Assembly (NCBI RefSeq): GCF_041956845.1
Contig: NZ_CP168135.1
Span: forward strand, 911,353-935,352
DNA: 24,000 nt
Reading direction: 5' to 3'
DNA from: Peribacillus sp. RS7
Lineage (GTDB): Bacteria > Bacillota > Bacilli > Bacillales > DSM-1321
Numbering within the stretch: the stretch's first letter is position 1; the number at the start of each line of letters is the position of its first letter. The translations under genes were made by a program, and so were the position numbers. The notes under the pieces were generated by a model. That model was not told the origin of the DNA and ran no database searches. It saw only the letters and a list, made by a program, of their open reading frames with translations. Shown here in pieces: positions 21,753-24,000 of the stretch.

Positions 21753-24000
21753 TCAATCTAGGGTCAGAAGTAAACTCTTCGTTGCATCGTTGAGCAAGAA
21801 AGGACTGGGTTCGCCAACCGTATATATCTGCAAGTTATGCATAGCCCTGGTACATGCGGTGTAGAACAATCTTCGTAAGCTCTCATCACCGTAAGCTTGC
21901 ACAGATGCATCATAAATGATGACAGCATCAAATTCGATGCCTTTGGCCAAATAAGCCGGTATAACAACAACACCCTGTTCATATTCATTTGTGCCTTTCT
22001 GTACGAGTTTAATTTCACTGATGATACTAAGGGCATCGTATGCAGCGGCACTTTCCGCAGCAGATTTACATATGATTGCGATTGTATTATACTCACGACT
22101 TTGAAAGTCTTTGACTTTAGTCACGATTTTGTGGTGCAATTCATCACGGCTGGAGACTTGGGTCAGTACAGGCTTTTCACCTTCACGGTCGAATGCCTTA
22201 ATTCGATGGCCTTCAGGAACTAGTTCACGTGTAAATTCTATAATCTGCTTTGTGGATCTGTAGCTTTGATCCAAGGTTATACTCTCGGTTTCACTTATTC
22301 CGTATAAACTGGTAAGAGTCTGGAAATCCACCCGTTCGCTGGCATGAGCGAATATCGCCTGGTTAAAGTCACCGAGCACGGTCATCCTTGCAGAAGGAAA
22401 CAACCGTTTCAAAAACTCGAATTGAAATGGAGAATAATCTTGTGCTTCGTCTACAAGCACGTATTTTATAGAGGTATTCGTCTGAAACCCTAGAATTAGC
22501 TCCTTCAGTAGCAAAAATGGAGTCGCGTCTTCGTAATGCAGTTTACCTTCGTCCAGCATTTTTTGCGTTGATAAGCAAATTTCCCTTTCGATAGGTGTTT
22601 TACCCTCATTCCACACTTCGATCCGTATTTGATCGTCAAAAAGTTGCTTGTATATTCCCTTAATGTTGATAAAATGAAATGCTTTTATCCGTTTGCGTAA
22701 CGTCTTCAATTTCTTTCGAACAATCATACGCGCGAGCATTTTATTCTCCATCTCATAATCGTCAAAGGAATCTTCATTAACACCGCGTTTTTTCTCTAAG
22801 TGAGTGTATACCTTTTGATAGTCTTCTTTGCTAAGATACTCGATTTCCTCCTGGACCCAAGGTTGTTTCAACTCAAACTTTTCCCTTTCATCAAGTAACT
22901 CACATAACCATTCTTTCAACTTTTCAATCCTATTGTGAAATCTTAGTGTGGTGTCTCTGTTATAAAATCTTTCTGAGATTTGTTTGGCGGAGACGAGCGT
23001 TTCCCCTCGGAACTTGAACCCTCTAAAGATCATTCCAGATGATTCCAGTGATTGACTGTATGTTTTGATTATCTCAAAGAAGCGAATTGAAGCCTTAAAT
23101 CGGATACTCGCTGCCCTAGTGCTATAGGAAGGATCATCCGCTCCAGTCAACAAAAATTCTAATTGCTCATAAGGGTCCTCAACTTGAAATGAGTCAGCCA
23201 GACGATGGTCCAAATATTCCTGGAATGTTACCTGCTGCATATTCTCTTCACCAAGTTCGGGTAGTACATTGGATACGTAGTTATTAAACATGGAGTTAGG
23301 TGAGAATAGAATGATTTGATCGGCCTTAATCCTATCTCGATATTTATAAAGCAAGTAAGCGATCCGTTGGAGGGCAGCTGATGTCTTGCCACTGCCAGCG
23401 GCTCCTTGAACAATGAGCAGACGTCCGCGATCGTTCCGGATGATTCTATTTTGCTCCCGTTGAATGGTGGACACAATACTGTGCATATGCTTATCCGTCC
23501 CCTTACCAAGCACCTGCTGCAGTATCTCATCTCCAATGGTGAGACTCGTATCGAACATTGAGTCGATAACGCCTCCCTTGATGATATATTGCCACTTATT
23601 CTCCAGCATCCCCCGAATTACGCCTCCGGGAGTAGAGTATTCTACGGGACCGGGAGGATAGTCATAATAAACACTCGAAATCGGAGCCCTCCAATCGTAG
23701 ACAATGAAGTTTTCTCCTGTTGTATCAGTAAGGGTGGCGGTCCCAATATAAATATGTTCCGTAAGGGAAGCCCCTTCTTCAGTTAAATCAATCCGGCCGA
23801 AATAAGGTGCCCCCTGCATGCGGCGCAGTGTTGACAACCTCTTGAAGGAATATCTATGTGCACCTTCGCTTTGTGACAAGTCTTGAGCCTGTTGCCTTAA
23901 GCCAATGATCGTCTCGAGGTAATCATCGAAAGTATCCACATTAACCTTGAGGTCATCCCAAAAGTGTTTCCGGATATTAACAACTTCTTTTCTACGCTGT
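21753..24000 (-). CDS. helD: HelD, RNA polymerase-associated UvrD-like SF1 helicase (DNA helicase IV family); 5' end outside the window
   Basis: The frame stays open upstream of the track start (QRRKEVVNIRKHFWDDLKVNVDTFDDYL). Close collinear similarity to my recollection of B. subtilis HelD: PYFGRIDL, IVYDWRAPISSVYYDY, LIVQGAAGSGKTSAALQRIAYLLY, VLPELGEENM, VLVDEAQDYSPFQ, YTACTRAMH. Confidence 0.9.
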   Translation of the reverse strand, partial: QRRKEVVNIRKHFWDDLKVNVDTFDDYLETIIGLRQQAQDLSQSEGAHRYSFKRLSTLRRMQGAPYFGRIDLTEEGASLTEHIYIGTATLTDTTGENFIVYDWRAPISSVYYDYPPGPVEYSTPGGVIRGMLENKWQYIIKGGVIDSMFDTSLTIGDEILQQVLGKGTDKHMHSIVSTIQREQNRIIRNDRGRLLIVQGAAGSGKTSAALQRIAYLLYKYRDRIKADQIILFSPNSMFNNYVSNVLPELGEENMQQVTFQEYLDHRLADSFQVEDPYEQLEFLLTGADDPSYSTRAASIRFKASIRFFEIIKTYSQSLESSGMIFRGFKFRGETLVSAKQISERFYNRDTTLRFHNRIEKLKEWLCELLDEREKFELKQPWVQEEIEYLSKEDYQKVYTHLEKKRGVNEDSFDDYEMENKMLARMIVRKKLKTLRKRIKAFHFINIKGIYKQLFDDQIRIEVWNEGKTPIEREICLSTQKMLDEGKLHYEDATPFLLLKELILGFQTNTSIKYVLVDEAQDYSPFQFEFLKRLFPSARMTVLGDFNQAIFAHASERVDFQTLTSLYGISETESITLDQSYRSTKQIIEFTRELVPEGHRIKAFDREGEKPVLTQVSSRDELHHKIVTKVKDFQSREYNTIAIICKSAAESAAAYDALSIISEIKLVQKGTNEYEQGVVVIPAYLAKGIEFDAVIIYDASVQAYGDESLRRLFYTACTRAMHNLQIYTVGEPSPFLLNDATKSLLLTLD

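Noticed and set aside
18000-23800. Short ORFs nested in the UvrA-like and helD genes (17979-18221, 19095-19316, 19867-20055, 19946-20308, 20764-20988, 20777-21085, 21764-22096, 21897-22223, 23228-23536, 23464-23661, 23589-23786)
   Set aside because: All are shadow ORFs in alternative or antisense frames of two long genes with dense conserved motifs.

Overview
Low-GC, Bacillaceae-type chromosomal window from a spore-former (sspL-like SASP, helD, sporulation-type kinase). It mixes housekeeping and transport genes with accessory, scarred DNA.

Gene content, left to right:
- A 3'-truncated LXG/type VII secretion polymorphic toxin on the minus strand. It is absent from the ORF track because it runs off the window. 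It carries an LHH-type HNH/EndoVII nuclease tail and is preceded by a DUF2599-like gene plus a small membrane-protein gene.
- A metNPQ-like ABC importer. The metQ signal peptide is out of frame with the mature domain.
- A siderophore-esterase-like hydrolase behind a strong Fur box. Its 3' end is interrupted by a tnpB-only IS200/IS605 element.
- A decayed second esterase and a DHA1-type MFS transporter.
- An XRE-cupin regulator divergent from an MHS transporter plus an ornithine-cyclodeaminase-family enzyme.
- A mosaic recombination scar: a diverged duplicate of the esterase 3' end, terminator and esterase-2 tail, fused to a 45-bp LXG-linker fragment.
- An AT-rich islet of immunity-like genes and pseudogenes.
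- An SRPBCC protein and an orphan 5TMR-LYT histidine kinase, bracketed by inverted GC-rich repeats and an iteron-like 20-bp array.
- A 1056-aa non-canonical UvrA-family zinc-finger ABC ATPase.
- sspL, then helD (5' partial).

The most unusual item is the three-module UvrA-like ATPase at 17991-21161. Next come the composite repeat inserted in a duplicated terminator hairpin, the IS605 insertion that has a paralogous empty site in the same window, and a 41-nt motif shared by two toxin/immunity-type promoter regions.

All calls come from reading and translating the sequence by eye. No database search was possible.
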